In this document: positions 62,755-64,000 of the stretch, in pieces
How positions within the stretch are numbered: position 1 is the stretch's first letter
How the letters are laid out: each line of letters starts with the position of its first letter
From: Geosiphon pyriformis uo1
Taxonomy: Eukaryota; Fungi; Glomeromycota
Direction: 5' to 3'
Assembly: GCA_016748015.1 (NCBI GenBank)
Contig: JAAOMT010000786.1
Span: 62,001 to 126,000 of the forward strand
DNA length: 64,000 bases
Program-made: the position numbers and the translations under genes
Notes under the pieces: generated by a model
Databases searched by the model: none
What the model saw: the letters and a program-made list of their open reading frames with translations, nothing else
Told to the model about the DNA's origin: nothing

Positions 62755-64000
62755 GAGTTATCAAATATACAGTTTTTTTATTTGGTCTTAATAGTTCTTT
62801 AACTTATAGTAGACTATTAGACATAGTTTAATTTTATATCTAAAAATATATATTAAAAATAGAATAATATAATTAGAAAAAAGTTTAGATCTAAAGCCAA
62901 TTTGCCAAAGAATTTTTTAACAAAACTTTGCACTATTTATTTTTATGTAGATTGAAGTTCTTTAAACAGATGTAAACAAAAAACAAAGTGGTTTTAGTAA
63001 TTTGGTTTTTTAATATAACTAAAATTTTTGGCCAATTATTTAAGCACCACTTTTTAGATTTACAAGTTTTAAGATGAGTACTTATAAACTTACTATAGTA
63101 TTTAATTATGCTAAAAGTCAGCCCAGTAAATAATTATTTGGTAAACATTATAAAAATTTTTTAGATAACAGGATTTCTTTGATCAACAACTTATTTAGCA
63201 TGTTTTATGGTTTTTACTACTTTTTAATATTTAAAATATTGGAAAATTTTTATTATTTTAAAATAGTTTACTCTTTAAAATGTTTTAGTATTGTTTTAGA
63301 GACAGATTATTAGATAAACATAAATTAGTTATAAATTAAAAAACTTTTCATTATTAGAAAAAATTAAGTCTTAAAGATCTAATACTATTGTAATTTAAAA
63401 AAACTTCAATTTATATAAATAATTTTTTTGTTATACTTGATAAAATTGTTTTTATCTCTGGTTGCTTAGATTTTTTATGTTTAAAAATTTTTTTAAATAT
63501 TCAAAAACATTTGTATAAGTTATAAACAAGTGTTTTTAATATTTATACTAATAGTTTATTAAAGTACTTAAATATTATAAAAATAATTAGTAAGACAACA
63601 ACTTGTTTTTTTAATATTGGGTCAGATATAAGTGTTAAAATACATAAGCTATTGTTTTAATAATATTAAAATTGCAAAAAATTGTCTTAATATTAGAGTG
63701 CATTTTTTTTTCTGTTTAATAATTTTGTATACAAATAGCCAAGTTTTTATAAATACATGTATTTTAAAACTTAAGCTTTATTTGCTTAATTTTTAAAACA
63801 AATATTAGGTAAAAAGATATTATATAGCTAATTTAATCAAGTCAAAAAACATTTTTATTAAATAAGTAAAAGTCAAGAATTATTTAAAAGATATAAGCAA
63901 TAATTAAATTAATGTCTTTATATATAATACTATATAGTTTTGTTTTACTTTTTTTGTTAAAATTTATAAAAGATTTATTATAGCTGATAATCAAGTTATG

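Larger units (their letters stand above)
53340..64000 (+). mobile_element. Highly decayed LINE ORF2 (RT to RNase H) hosting three nested insertions
   Basis: QNMYKAYNLV (from QDMRKAYDSV) near 54040, FVNNII* (from FVDDTIW) near 59360, KYLEIF near 59565, and IYTNSL (from YTDGSL) near 63541. Confidence 0.7.

Overview
Eukaryotic (fungal) DNA, very AT-rich. The intron-rich housekeeping genes and the repeat families point to Mucoromycota/Glomeromycotina. The repeat-encoded peptides resemble my recollection of Geosiphon pyriformis predicted proteins (not verified). The window has three zones. (1) 1-12.6 kb: decayed transposons, including a nearly complete Ty3/Gypsy element with Gag-PR-Cys-rich insert-dUTPase-RT-RH-IN, an extra ORF3 and a 3' LTR, plus LINE, LTR and hAT remnants. 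(2) 12.8-27.8 kb: a compact, CpG-retaining island of nine spliced genes (ILV3, QDPR-like SDR, LMW-PTP, Gfd2/QIP-like DEDDh exonuclease, NAA30/MAK3, CIA1, OCA1-like phosphatase, an RRM-RGG-RRM protein, a C2-domain proline-rich protein). (3) 28-64 kb: nested transposons (ORF1-only LINE derivatives, RNase H-bearing LINEs, Gypsy LTR families A and B with 4-bp TSDs, a pogo element, and an Academ-like element carrying a glycoprotein-like passenger). All repeats carry heavy C>T/G>A transition damage that is not limited to CpG, which looks RIP-like. Most notable observations: a TSD-flanked ORF1-only (HAL1-like) retroposon sharing its 3' end with autonomous LINEs; a dUTPase/Cys-rich/ORF3 Gypsy lineage; U5-terminal hairpins that can sequester the PBS; the hypermutation itself; and an unusually high fraction of AAG splice acceptors. 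Gene models and boundaries were read by eye.
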